Below are positions 36,200-49,498 of a stretch of 64,000 nucleotides of DNA, one piece after another. The DNA lies in the NCBI RefSeq assembly GCF_030144855.1, contig NC_082725.1, forward strand, positions 39,680,001 to 39,744,000, read 5' to 3'. The notes under the pieces are model-generated. The model was given only the letters and a program-made list of their open reading frames with translations. It was not told the origin of the DNA and did not search any database. The number at the start of each line of letters is the position of its first letter. Position 1 is the first letter of the stretch. The translations under genes and the position numbers were made by a program. Source of the DNA: Hypanus sabinus (Eukaryota).

Positions 36200-38772
36200 T
36201 TGTTTCATGGAATCCTGGTTAACCCCTTCCGTTCAGGATGCAGCGATTCAGATCAACGGGTTTACTATACACTGTCAGTCTAGATCTATAGAGTCTTTCT
36301 AAAGCAGAATTGGAGGAGTATGCCTCATGATCAACTCTTCTTGCACAAATATATCAGTGCTGTCCCAATTCTGCTCACCAGACCTGGAATATCTAGCAGT
36401 AAAGTGTTGTCCTTTTTAGCTTCCATGGGAGTTCTGTGGGGTCATTTTGGTAGCAGTTTACATTCCATCTCATCCAATGTCAAGCAAGCTTTAGATGATC
36501 TGAATAATGGGATCAACATGCACAAAACAGTTCACCCTAATGCCTTCACCATCTCTCCAGTCTGAAAAAAATCACTAAGCGCTTACTATCAACAGATCAC
36601 TTGCAATACCAGAGGAAACAACACACTGGACCATTGCTACACCACCATCAATGCCTACTGTGCTATTCCACGCCCTCACTTCAGGAAGTCTGATCACCTA
36701 GCTGTACTTCTACTCCCTGAGTATAGGCAGAGACTGAAGACTGCAACATCAGCAATGTGGACCAAGAAGATTTTGACAAGGGAAGCACAGCAATGCCTAC
36801 AAGACTGCTTTGAATCTGTGGACTGGACTGTATTCAGGGATTCATCTTTGAATCTGGATGAGAATGCTGCAGTTGTTACCAACTTCTTTAAAACCTGTGT
36901 GGATGTGTGCCTACAAAAACTTACTGTACATTCCTAAGCCAAAAGCCGTGGATGAACCAGGAGGCATTCTGGTCTGTGGCATTCAAGACTGGCAACCCAG
37001 GCCTGTAGCAGAAAACCAGGTATAATTTGAGGAAGGCTATTTCAAGGGCGAAGAGACAATTTCAAACGAGGTTAGAGGTGCTATCACAGGACTGCGCAGA
37101 GACTGCACAGGAACACTGGCAGGGTCTGCAAGACATTACTTCCTATGAAGTGAAACCCAATAGTATGAATGACAGTAATGCTTCACTACCAGATGAACTC
37201 GACGCCTTCTATGCATGCTTTGAAAGGGAAAACACAACTACAGCTGTGAAGATCCCTGCTGCACCTGATGACTCTATGATCTCTGTCTCAGAGGCTGATG
37301 TTAGACTGTTTTTAAAGAGAGTGAACTCTCGTAAGGCAGAAAGTCCCGATGGAGTACCTGGTAAGGCTCTGAAAACCTGTGCCAACCAACTAGCGGGAGT
37401 ATTCAAGGACGTTTTCAATCTCTCACTGCTACGGCAGAAGTTCCCACTTGCTTCAAAAAGACAACAATTATACCAGTGCCTAAGAATAATAATGTGGGCT
37501 GTTTTAATGACTATTGCCCGGTAGCACTCATATCAACAATGATGAAATGCTTTAAGAGGTTGGTTATGACTAGACTGAACTCCCGCCTCAGCAAGGACCT
37601 GGACCCATTGCAATTTGCCTATCGTCGTAATAGATCAACAGCAGAAGCAATCTCAATGGCCCTCCACACAGCTTTAGACCACCTAGACAACACAAACACC
37701 TATGGCAGAATGCTGTTCATCGACTATAGCTCAGCATTTAATACCATCATTCCCACAATCCTGATTGAGGAGTTGCAGAACCTGGGCCTCTGTATCTCCT
37801 TCTGCAATTGGATCCTTGATGTCCTAACCGGAAGATCGCAGTCTGTGCGGATTTGTGATAACATATCCTTCTCGCTGATGGTCAACTCTGGCGCACCTCA
37901 GGGGTGTGTGCTTAGCCCACTGCTCTACTCTCTATATACACATGACTGTGTGGCAAGGCATAGCTCAAATACCATGTATAAATTTGCTGACGATACAACT
38001 ATTGTTGGTAGAATCTCAGGTGGTGATTAGAGGGCATACTGGAGTGAGTTATGCCAACTAGTGGAGTGGTGTTACAGCAACAATCTGGCACGTAACGTCA
38101 GTAAGACGAAAGAGCTGATTGTGGACTTCAGGATGGGAAAGATGAAGGAACACATGCCAATCCTCATAGAGGGATCAGAAGTGGAGAGAGTGAGCACCTT
38201 CAAGTTCCTGGGTGTCAAGATCTCTGAGGATCTCAAAAACTTCTATAGTTGTACCGTGCAGAGCATTCTGACAGGCTGCATCATTATCTGGTATGGAGGG
38301 GCTTCTGCATAGGACCAAAAGAAACTGCAGAAGGTTGTAAATTTAGTCAGCTGCATCTTGTGCACTAGCCTACAAAGTACCCAGTACATCTTTAGGGAGC
38401 AGTGTCTCAGAAAAACAGCATCCATTACTAAAGACCTCCAGCACCCATGGCATGCCCTTGGGTAGGAAGGTACAGAAGCCTGAAGGCACATGTTCAGCAA
38501 TTCAGGAATTGCTTCTTCCCCTCTGCCTTCTGACTCTTAATTGGACATTGAAGCTTTGGGCACTACCTCACTTCTTTTAAATATGCAGTATTTCTGTTTT
38601 TGCACGTTTTCTTAAAATCTATTCAATATACATAACTGATTTACTTGCTTATTATTATGTTTTATTATTTTTTTTAAAAACTCTCTGCTAGATTATGTAT
38701 TGCATTGAACTGCTGCTGCTAAATTAACAAATTTCACATCACATGCCGGTGATAATAAACGTGATTCTGATT
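36200..38772 (+). mobile_element. Rex1/Babar-like LINE (APE remnant and RT, frameshifted)
   Basis: NTLDHCY, SDH; RT motifs [43 protein letters not shown]; tail GATAATAAACGTGATTCTGA. Confidence 0.88.
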
Positions 38773-38849
38773 TTATAATTTAAACATAGCAGCACGAAAG
38801 ATTATTTTTAATTGGAAGAATTATTAATGTATCCTTGAAGAAACCAATG

Positions 38850-41800
38850 GTCTCAAGATGGCGCTTATGGAGTGAAGCGGTTTTAGGCTTTGCTCCAATC
38901 CTTTTACTTTTTTTTAACCTACAAACACCCCCTAATTGATCTTTTTATACCTATTCTAAAGGGGTTTAAACATATGAAATTTTTTTCAACTGTTTGAATC
39001 ATTTTCAACTCGCTGAAATGTCTAAACCAAAGGAATCAAAACAGACGAAAGATTCGTTAACTTTAGAAGCAATTGCGAATCTTATGGACGACAGACTTGG
39101 AAAACTGGAGAGTAAATTAACCGCAAAGCTTTCTACGTTCGATGAAATTTTAAAGACATTTGACGCAAAACTTCAAGCACTTACACTGGATTCACAAAAA
39201 CAACAAGCAAGTATTCTTGAAGAAGCCACTGGCCAGAGAGATCGTATAATTGAAACTTTGCAACAACAGCAACCTTCAACTTCTCAACAGATGGATCGTT
39301 ATAAATCTAAAATCACTGATCTTGAAAACTGCTCTTGAAGACAAAATCTTCGGTTAATTGGGATTCCGGAAAAATTTGAGAATGGCGATCTCACTGTGTT
39401 TTTTCTCCAAATTTTTAATGGATGTCTTTGGCTCAGAAGTACTGGATTCCCCTCTAATAATCGACCGTGCACATCACATTTCTCGTTTTCATTCAGATTC
39501 AAGTTTGAAACCACGACAAGTAATTCTCCAGATCCATTATCCTCATACTGAAGAGCGTTTGATTCGGGCTGCCTGGAAAAAGGGTATGATCAGCTTTCAA
39601 GATTTTAAATTCCGTATTCTGGAAGACTACAGTCCCGAAGTTTTAAGGGCAAGAATGACTTTTAAATCGGTTCTGTTGGAAATTCATCAGGAAGGCTACA
39701 AGCAAGCGCTGTTATTTCCAGCACATTTGAGAGTTACTCTCAAAGATGGAACTTATCGGCTGTTCAAATCTCCAGCGGATGCTCAAAGATTTCTTGAAGA
39801 ATAACATTTTATCGGGTTGACTAATGTAATAATTAGTTTATAGATTTGGATCTTTTATAAAATGATGTTTTTTTTTACGTATGGCTTACATGTATTTTTT
39901 ATATATGGTAAAAGTCCGTTTTTGGTTTATTCTGAGTTTGTTATTTTTTCATATTATTAATCTGTTAGTTTTGAAAGTAATTCATTAGGGTCTTCTTTTA
40001 AGTTCGTATATACTTTTTATATTTTTAACGTTTAAATATTAAGATTTTTAAAAAAATAAAATGTCGTTTCTTCTTCCCGAAAGATCTTAGTGCTTGGAAC
40101 GTCACATCCGTTTTGATGTGTTTGAATAAGTTTAAAGCTTTCTTTTAAAACACTAATACAATATTATTCATTTATGGGTTTTATCGTTTTAATTTTTTTT
40201 AAAAATCCTTTTGTTTGATATATATATATAATACTAATTTTATATTTTAATTTTTGTTATACCAACCCTTTCTTTTAATATGGGTGGTTTGTATCTTTTA
40301 TTCAACTTTTTTTTTTGTTTGAGTTGCCGTCTTGAGACATGGGGGTAATTTTAGTGTTAGATTGCTTGCTTGCCTCTTTTTGGCTTTTTTCCTGGGGTTT
40401 TGAGGGTGGAGGGAGGGCGATTTTTCTTCTTTCTTTTCTTTTTGCTTGCTTTATTCTTAGTTTTGCTTCATGGGCTCATATGAAACTACAAAAATGGTTG
40501 CAGTGCCATAACTTCCGGTTCCTCCTTGAACTTACTTCCCTCTTCTGGATTCATGAGTTCATCTTTTTTTTTAAACCTTATGTGTTAATTGTAATAAATA
40601 TTGTCAATATGGATAAGGTTATTAATTTTGTTTCTTGGAATACTAATGGTTTAAATCATCTGATCAAACGGAAAAAAATATTCAAAGTATTCCATAGAAT
40701 GAATGCTAATGTTATCTTTGTACAAGAGACTCGTGTAAGGAAGGTGGATAGTCAACGCTTTTTTAGGTTTTGGAAAGGCCAACAATGTCACTCGAATTCT
40801 CAAGCCAAAGTAAGAGGCGTTTCCATTTTTATAGATTCTTCAACCTCCTTTATACACCATGAAACAATTTCAGACCCACAAGGTAGATTTTTGCTTATTA
40901 CTGGTCTACTTTTTAATCAAAAAGTAGTTTTAGTTAATGTTTATGCTCCAAACACTGATTGTCCTGAATTTTTTAAGTGTCTATTTACATCCTTTCCTAA
41001 TTTGAATCAGTACAGGCTGATAATGGGTGGGGATTTTAACTGTTGTTTAACCCTTCGATGGATAGATCTAAGCCCACCCAAGTTCTTCCGAATAAACCAG
41101 CCTCTCTTATTAATTCCTTTATGACTGATTCAGCAATTTTTGAAATTTGGCGTTTTTTACACCCCAATGACAAAGAGTTTTCATACTTTTCTCATGTTTG
41201 TCATAATTATTCAAGAATTGATTACTTTTTCATTGATCACCGTTTACTTACAGATGTTATCTGTAATATGACTCTATTACCATTTCTGACCATGCACCTT
41301 TGAAGTTATCTATTAATCTAAATCTTAGAGGTTAAACTCTATTTTATTGCAGGACTTAGACTTTGTTAATTTTATTAAACAACAAATTGATTTGTTTTTC
41401 TCAACAAATTCTACAGCAGAGATCTCTAGTGGAATTTTATGGGACACTTTTAAAGCATTTATTCGTGGACAGATTGTTTCATACTCTGCTGAGTTAGGAA
41501 ACGAACTAATTCTAAAATATTAACATTGGTTGATAAAATCAAAGCAATTGATAAGATTTATTCAGTGACCCCCAGCAAAGAACTTTATAAAGAAAGAATG
41601 GAACTTCAAATGGAGCATAGTTTGTTATTATCCTCTTCGATCGAAAATCAGTTAATTAAATCTAGAACCCAGTTTTACGTACATGGAGATAAGTCTGGCA
41701 AATTATTGGCTAATCAATTGAAAACTGCTTCGGTTAAACGACAGATTACTAGGATTCGTAAACAAGATGGCACTCTGACGATTGACCATAAAGAGATAAA

Positions 41801-44631
41801 TAAAGCCTTTCAAGATTTTTATAATTCCTTATATCAATCAGAATTTGTTGAGGATTCTTCTATAATAGATGAATTTTTAAGGAAATTGAAATAAAAAAGG
41901 CTATTTTTTCAATGAATTCCAGTAAAGCTTCTGGTCCAGATGGCTATACTGCAGAATTTTTAAAATCCTTTTCCTCTATACTTTCTCCTTGGCTTTGTAA
42001 AATTTTTAAAGATGTGTTAATTATAGGCAAATTGCCACAATCTTTTTATGAAGCCTCTATTTCTTTAATTCTTAAAAAAGATAAAGACCCTATTGAATGT
42101 GCATCCTATCGGCCTATATCCTTGCTGAATACAGATTTTAAGGTTTTTAGTAAAATTTTGGCTATTAGATTAGAAAATATATTACCTTGAATCATTTCTG
42201 AAGATCAGACTGGATTTATTAAAAAAACATTATTCATCTTTTAACATTAGAAAATTAATTAATTTTATTTATACTCCTTCACCCAAAATACCAGAATGTG
42301 TCATTTCCTTAGATGCTGAAAAAGCATTTGATAGAGTTGAATGGCCATATTTATTTAAAACTTTGCAGCATTTTAATTTTAGTTCAAAATTTATATCATG
42401 GATTAAATTAATATACTATAAACCCTTGGCTTCGGTTTTTACCAATAATCAAAGATCTCCTTTTTTTCAGTTATTCCTTGGTACAAGGCAAGGTTGTCCT
42501 TTAAGTCCTTTACTATTTGACATTGCTTTGGAACCTTTGGGTATTACTCGTGGGGAGGGAACGTATAAGTTATCATTATATGCCGATGATTTGTTACTAT
42601 GCATATCTGACTCTGAGAGATCTATTCCTGCTATTTCGTCCTTGCTTGCTCAGTTTAGTAACTTTTCTGGTTATAAATTGAATTTTAATAAGAGCGAATT
42701 ATTTCCATTAAATATGCAAGTTCCAATTTATAAACATTTACCATTTAAAGTTGTTACAGATTATTTTACTTATTTAGGTATTAAAATTACTAAAAACATA
42801 AAGATTTATTTGAAGCTAATTTTTTACCTTAAATTGACAAAATTAAACAACTTGTTACCAGGTGTTCTCCACTATCTTTGTCATTGGTTGGTCGAATTAA
42901 TGCTATTAAGATGATGGTATTACCCAAATTCTTATATTTATTTCAAGCATTACCAATTTTTATTCCTAAATCTTTTTTTGATATTATTGACTCCAAAATA
43001 TCTTCTTATCTGTGGCAGAATAAAAACCCTAGACTAGGCAAAAAATATTTACAGAAGCCTAAGAAGGAGGGCGGTTTGGCTTTGCCAAACTTGAGATTTT
43101 ACTATTGGGCAGTTAATATACGATATTTAATATTTTGGACACAAGAATTGACTATAGCTGCTTGCCCACAATGGGTAAATTTGGAATGTAAATCTGTACA
43201 AGACTTCTCATTGTTTTCAATTTTGGGATTTTCACTTCCTTTTTCTTTATCTAAATTGAACAAGCAAATAACTAATCCTATAGTCAAATATACATTGCGA
43301 ATTTGGTTTCAATTTCGTAAATGTTTTGGTTTGAATAAGTTCATGCCCTATAATATCTAACTATTTTTTTCGGCCCTCTTTTATGGATCAAGCTTTTCTT
43401 TTATGGAAAACAAAAGGTATAACATGTTTTCGTGATTTGTTTTTGGATGATAGCTTTATGTCCTTTGAACAGCTATCTAATAAATATAATTTACCTAAAA
43501 CTCATTTTTTTAGATATTTGCAAGTTAGAAATTTTTTGTATAATGAATTACAGTCTTTTCCAAAACTATGTCCATTGGACATTACCGAAAGAATTTTAGC
43601 TCTGAATCCTTGTCAAAAGGGTTTAGTAGCTGTCATTTATAATATGATCATGCAAATACAGCCAGAAGTATCAGAAAAAATTAAGAAGGAATGGGAAGAA
43701 GAATTTCATTGTCTTGTATCCACTGAGCAGTGGGAGAAAATTTTACTATTAGTCAATTCATCCTCTATTTGTGCTAAACATGCCCTAATACAATTTAAGG
43801 TTGTACATAGAGCTCATATGTCTAAGGATAAACTTGCTCAATTTTATTCTTATGTTAATCCAACCTGTGACATGTCATTCTGATGTTGCTTCATTGACCC
43901 ATATGTTTTGGTCTTGCCCTTGTTTGCAAAACTACTGGAAAGATATTTTCAGTATTATTTCAAGAGTTCTGAATATCAATTTCCAACCACATCCTATTAC
44001 TGCAATTTTTGGTTTACCAATGGTGGATAATAGTCATTTATCCTCTTCATCTTGACAAATGATTGCATTTGTTACATTAATGGCTAGAAGATCTATTTTA
44101 TTGAATTAGAAAGAAATTAATCCTCCAACTATATTTCAGTGTTTTCTCAAACTATCTCTTGTTTGAGCTTAGAAAAAATTAGAAGTGTTTTTGATCCTTC
44201 AGTTAAATTTGAAGAAACTTGATCATTTATTCAACACTTTCATATGAGTTAAATTGTCTTTTCCTAAACCTCACTTTTATTATCCTTAATTATTTGGATG
44301 GAGGTTCGGAGTTATTGGCACTACTGTATATATCTAACATTATGCAACAGCCCATGTTGGTTAGTGTTTTTTTTTCTGCTCTTTTTTTTTGTTTTTTTTT
44401 CTTTTTATTTCTTTTGTTCATAAATTAACAAATTTCACATCACATGCCGGTGATAATAAACGTGATTCTGATTTTATAATTTATACATGAGTTTGGGAGG
44501 TTATATATATTGATTATTATATACTTGAATGTCTACTTATACTATTAACTATGTACTCTCAAACTCTTTGTATTCATGTTTCATTTATGTTTGCTTAAAA
44601 ATTAATAAAAAGATTTAAAAAGAAAGAAAGA
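38850..44631 (+). mobile_element. Near-full-length L1 (ORF1 ~39018-39804, ORF2 ~40609-44250; frameshifted)
   Basis: ORF1 coiled coil and IDRAH; ORF2 APE SWNTNGL/QET/GGDFN/SRIDY, RT SYRPISLLN, LDAEKAFD, QGCPLSP, YADD; AATAAA and (AAAG)n tail; 12-bp TSD AAGAAACCAATG at 38838-38849 and 44632-44643. Confidence 0.93.
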
Positions 44632-44749
44632 AAGAAACCAATGACTAACTTTGCTGCTCTATATGGAAATATTAAGTTCATTATATACATTAAAATAAAC
44701 AGTATTACTTTTAAAGATTTAGATATTTTCAGGCCTAATGTTTCAATTA

Positions 44750-46250
44750 CCGTAGATTCCGGACTACAGAGCGCACCTGATTAAAAGCCGCACGCTCTAA
44801 TTTTAGAAAGAAAATCAATTTTGTACTTGTACAGGCCGCACCGGATTTTAAGCCGCAGGTGTCCCACGATGTAATATGAGATATTTACACAGAAAGATAT
44901 TACATGTGAGGATTTTTTAACTTTTAATTAAATCCGTATGGTAACATAAACAAATACATATTGCAAATGCTCTTTTTCGAACAGTGCCTGTAACACAGCT
45001 ACTTTTAAATATACATACGTATCGGTAACACACAAATTACGTTGCGTATACTTTTTTACTGAACAGTGCACGAACAACATTCCAATATCTCCTAACGACT
45101 GGTAAAAAAAATATATATACTGCAGTCTACCAGGAAAAGTTATTGATAACCTTTAACTTAAAAGCTGCATCATATGCTTTTCTTCGAGTGTTTTCCATGT
45201 TGATTAGGGTGAGCACAAATGACTGATTTACAATAATTTAATTGTGAAAGTGCGCTTGATTTATCGTACAATTTCATTGGACCTCTGTGAACTACTCATC
45301 AATTTTATTGGTCTTGCTATGATCCCAGCCCCCTCCTTTGTGAGAATCGCAAGAGCACCCGTTTGGGGGGGGGGGGGGGGAGTCAGTAGACTCAGGAAGC
45401 GAGAGAGATAGAAACATGCCAAATTGCACGTCCCACCTATGATGCAGAATAAGACGACAGCGACTATTGTCTCATGGAGACCACGTGAAAAGCCCTCAGG
45501 CGAGGTGGGCTGGTTGCATCATCCCAACCTGATTGACACCTGCTACCCCGTGAGGAAGTATAAAGGAGAGTCTCAGGGGGACAGCCCCCTCAGACGCACC
45601 AAGAAGACACTAGAGTGTTCCCGCAGCAGCGGGAAGCCATTCTGAAGGAAGCCACGTGCGTTAGATTCCGGGATTGGAATTTGTGGCTGGAATCACAGAA
45701 AACCGCTTTTAACTAACATCGGGGCGAGGAAACCAACGCTCCCCCGATTTCACGGAAGATTCATCAAGACTCGGCAAGTTCTTTCTCTTCTCCCCCAATC
45801 TCTCTCTCTCGGTCGCCCCACGTGAAACCCAGCGATTTTCAAAGGGCTGAGGCCTGCAGACTTTCTGAGTGACTTATATTTCCAAAGGACAATCTATTAA
45901 CCCCTAGACAACAGCAGAGCTTACTTCTTAATGATGATTATTACTATACCGGCGCTTTAGATTGAGTGTTGACGATGTGCACTATCTGAATGTATGTATT
46001 AACCCTACTTTTGTGTCCCTTTATAAATAAAACGTCTGAAAATAGTGACATCAGACTTCAACGGACCTCTCTATCTTTGCTGGTAAGTTCTCCAGTTACG
46101 GGATTCATAACAGTCTACTGTTACGAGGCAAAATGTTTTCGGCGGCATGAAAAAAAACATGCATTAGCCGCACCGTAGTATAGGCCGCAGTGTTGCTGCA
46201 GTGTTCAAAGCGTGGGAAAAAAGTAGCGGCTTATAGTCCGGAATTTACGG
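44750..46250 (-). mobile_element. Internally deleted pogo/Tc2-like DNA transposon
   Basis: TIRs CCGTAGATTCCGGACTA / TAGTCCGGAATTTACGG; TA TSD; transposase N-terminus MENTRRKAYDAAFKLKVI on minus at ~45198-45145. Confidence 0.85.
45315..46112 (+). mobile_element. Solo LTR nested in the DNA transposon
   Basis: TGCTATGA...TCATAACA termini; 4-bp TSD GTCT; TATAAA at ~45559; AATAAA at ~46026. Confidence 0.85.
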
Positions 46251-46370
46251 TAGAATGTACCCAAATATTTTGTAACAGGTGAATTACTCACATATTCACA
46301 CTTTTTTCACTTGGGAGCACTTCATGGTAAATGGTATAGCAACTGTGACTATGATTCTTGTGTATGACAG

Positions 46371-46512
46371 GTACTAAAACCAGGTGGATGCATCTTATTC
46401 AGAGATTATGGACTATATGATCATGCCATGCTTAGATTCAAATCTGGACACAAACTTGGCCCAAACTTTTATGTTCGACAAGACGGAACCAGATCCTTCT
46501 TTTTTTCTGATG
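46371..46512 (+). CDS. METTL6: METTL6 coding exon 4
   Basis: [47 protein letters not shown]; 142 nt; AG/GT boundaries. Confidence 0.96.
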
Positions 46513-47002
46513 GTGAGTTTGTTTAATGGTTTTCTTTTCAAGAAACTTTCAATTAGTACATTTGTATTTGAACTACATAGAGGCTGTACTTGGAGTTTAT
46601 TGGAATTATTAACCCTAAAAGATATGCTATCAATTGAGTGCCAACCAAAATAACTCTTCATCTGGAAGGTTTTCATGTTTGGTCCTGCCACTAGATGTTC
46701 TGCCAGCAGCTGTTTCCCGACAGTAGTCAGCAGCTGAAATCCTTGGAAATATTGTGAATTTTGTCACAGGAAAGTTGAACCTAATTGTGACACTGTCACT
46801 GTTGTCCTTACCGTAAAGGAAGTTATTGTTAAATCAAGGCCTTATGGAGCTTGCATGCATTTGACAGACTCAATGGCACAATTTTGTAGAAAGCCAAGAG
46901 ACCCTGAAAGGGTAGTTTCTTAGGAGTGTCAGAAAATTTTTTTTTTAACCTTCTTCCATCAATATTTGTATTTGGGTGAAATTTTGTAATGAAATGAGAA
47001 CA

Positions 47003-47205
47003 GTGGTAATGTTACTGGGTTGTAGTCCTGAGGTCTGTACCAATGATGCATAGATAAATTCAACTCATGCTTTGGCAGGTGCACAAGTTAAATTATGTTA
47101 ATTAAATATGAATAAAAGGTTGATGTCAATATTAGTTACTATAAATTTATTAGATTATCATTTAAAAATTTGTGTGATTCACAATATCCTTTAGAGAAAG
47201 AACTG
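47003..47205 (+). mobile_element. Degenerate SacSINE1/DeuSINE-like SINE
   Basis: GTGGTAATGTTACTGG...TCCTTTAGAGAAAGAA resembles the recalled shark DeuSINE consensus. Confidence 0.45.
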
Positions 47206-48064
47206 TGTGAATGTATGGACGTCCGAATTAGAAGCATTCAAATCCCTCAGAATCTTAAAGCTCCACAATTTCCGACCATTTGGATAATATGCTTCTTATC
47301 TATATCTCTTGCCAAAATAAACTATCTCACATTATACTCTAATTTACCTGAACTTCACCCTTTCATTTAACGTATCTATATTCATTTGTTGTTGTTCCTT
47401 TTCATGCCTATTGCTCATTGGGTGGCATTTTTGCAGTTTCTGTGGCATTTGACTGTTTATGAGGCCAAATTGCTAGCTTGACACTGAACCCAGCAGGGAT
47501 GGAAAGTGTGGAAGGAGCTGGACAGATTCGAACCCAAGATCATTTGCCTTGGAAGTCTGGTGTTGATGCCGCTACAGCAGTGGCTAGCTGTGTATTCATT
47601 TGTGGTCTCATAATATTCTCTGCACAACTTACCTTCCTATTTATCTTTACCTTCATCAGCAAATCAGCAACAACATCTTTGGTACTTTGAAATCAGTTAT
47701 TTAAATTATAAAAGATTAATGCCCCAACACTGATCCCTGTGGCACAACATTTATTAATGCTTCAACCAGAAAATATATTTGGGCTGCCCTTTATTTCTTA
47801 TTAGCCTGGGAATCTTCTATCGATTTAGATATGTTGCCTACAGAATGTGGTTTTATCTTCTGCAGTAACACTGAAATGCAGGCACAGCTGGTAGTACTGC
47901 CACTGCACAACTCCAGCGGTGGGGATTCAATCCTTACATCAGGTGACGTCTATGTGGCCTGTGCACTTTCTTCCTGTGATTGCCATTGTTCCAAATTTGT
48001 GTTCTCATAATTCCTTACAGTGTATAAGGAGGTCATTTAATCATCAAGTTTGCTGACTCTCAGA

Positions 48065-48402
48065 GTATAGAATCAGAATCAGGTTTAATATCACTGGCAT
48101 ATGTTGTGAAATTTGTTGTTTTGCAGCAACAGTATGTTGTAACACATAATAAGAACTATGAATTACAATAGTAAGTATGTATATATAAAATTAAATTACA
48201 TAGTGCAATAAAAGAGAGGGAAAAGTACTGAGATACTGTTCAAAGGTTCATCGTCCAATTCAAAATCTGATCACAGAAGGGAAGAAGCTGTTTTTGAAAC
48301 ATTAAGAGTGTGTCTTCAGGCTTCCATACCACCTTCTAGATGGTAGTAATGAGAAAGGGGCCTGTCCTGGGTTATGGGGTTCCTTAACAGTGGGTGCCAC
48401 TG
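48065..48402 (-). mobile_element. Rex1/Babar-like 3' fragment
   Basis: AGAATCAGAATCAGGTTTAATATC is the reverse complement of the family tail. Confidence 0.7.
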
Positions 48403-48818
48403 ATATTAATCTCATCCCCCCTCTTATTTCCCTGGGACCATTTCTCTCTTGCATGCCATAAACGCCTCTGATTATTTTTATAATGTGCTCACCTGCATTA
48501 GGGGCAATTTACAATAAGCAGTTTACCTGCTCTTTATTACTATTTCTCCATACATCTTATTTTCCCTGTTGTAGTGGTACAAATCTGCAAGCAGCGGTAC
48601 TGAGAAACCTTAATATGGACTCATATTCCAGGAAATCTCAAAAAGTATATGGAAATACATCCTGATGTTTAGCACTTACTGCCATCCCTTAATTAATAAA
48701 GTGGTATCCCTTCATGTTAACCATCACTAGGAAGAAGCACTAAACACATCAAAGGAATATAATTAGTGGAACAAAAAGCATTATTGTCTGCATTCATTTT
48801 TGTATCTTTTTACTGCAG

Positions 48819-48997
48819 AGTATGTGGCACAGCTCCTGACATCTGCTGGCTATGAAGTGTTGGTGAATGAGTATGTTTTCCGAGAAACTGTTAATAAGAA
48901 GGAAGGTCTGTGTGTTTCAAGAGTTTTTCTTCAATGCAAATTTAAGAAGGCGAAGAGAGCACTGAGCGTATGTAACACAAGTGATTCCGTCAGTTGA
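48819..48997 (+). CDS. METTL6: METTL6 last coding exon
   Basis: EYVAQLLTSAGYEVLVNEYVFRETVNKKEGLCVSRVFLQCKF..*; the five exons total 960 nt (319 aa). Confidence 0.95.
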
Positions 48998-49492
48998 TTT
49001 TGTTTTTGATGTCTTGATAGTTCACTCGGACAAACTTTGCAGAGAGGCGAACAATGCCAGACCTGTATCTGAAATGGTGCTTTTTAAGAAAAGGAAGATT
49101 TTACGAAGGTTAACTTTATTTGTCACATGTGCATCAAACATACTGTGAAATGCAACAGTGGGAAATCGGAAGTAAGACACAAGAATGAGTTGGTGATCTT
49201 TGCTGTACTGCTGGAAAAATGATGTTACTGAGTGGGAGGATGCTTTTCCCACACACAGCTAAATATTATGGGAAAGGAAGTGTTTTCTCTAATGCCTGAC
49301 TCAAAGCAACACTTGATGAATTTATAGGAGGAAGTTATCTTGTACCTATTGCAAGAAAATATTTTAAATAAAAATTATGCATATTCCAAGATTGGAATTT
49401 TAGGAAATTTCTACCTTGTTTGTATTCACTTTTGTAAAGTGTCAATGTTGAAGGTTTTACAAACTTGCATAGTTCTCGTTGCCATTTATTTT

Positions 49493-49498
49493 AATAAA
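49493..49498 (+). terminator. Candidate METTL6 polyadenylation signal (alternative at 49367)
   Basis: AATAAA ~500 nt after the stop codon, in AT-rich UTR-like sequence. Confidence 0.45.

Noticed and set aside
47480-47590. tRNA-like box sequence (also 62055-62130)
   Set aside because: No complete cloverleaf; these are SINE heads, not tRNA genes
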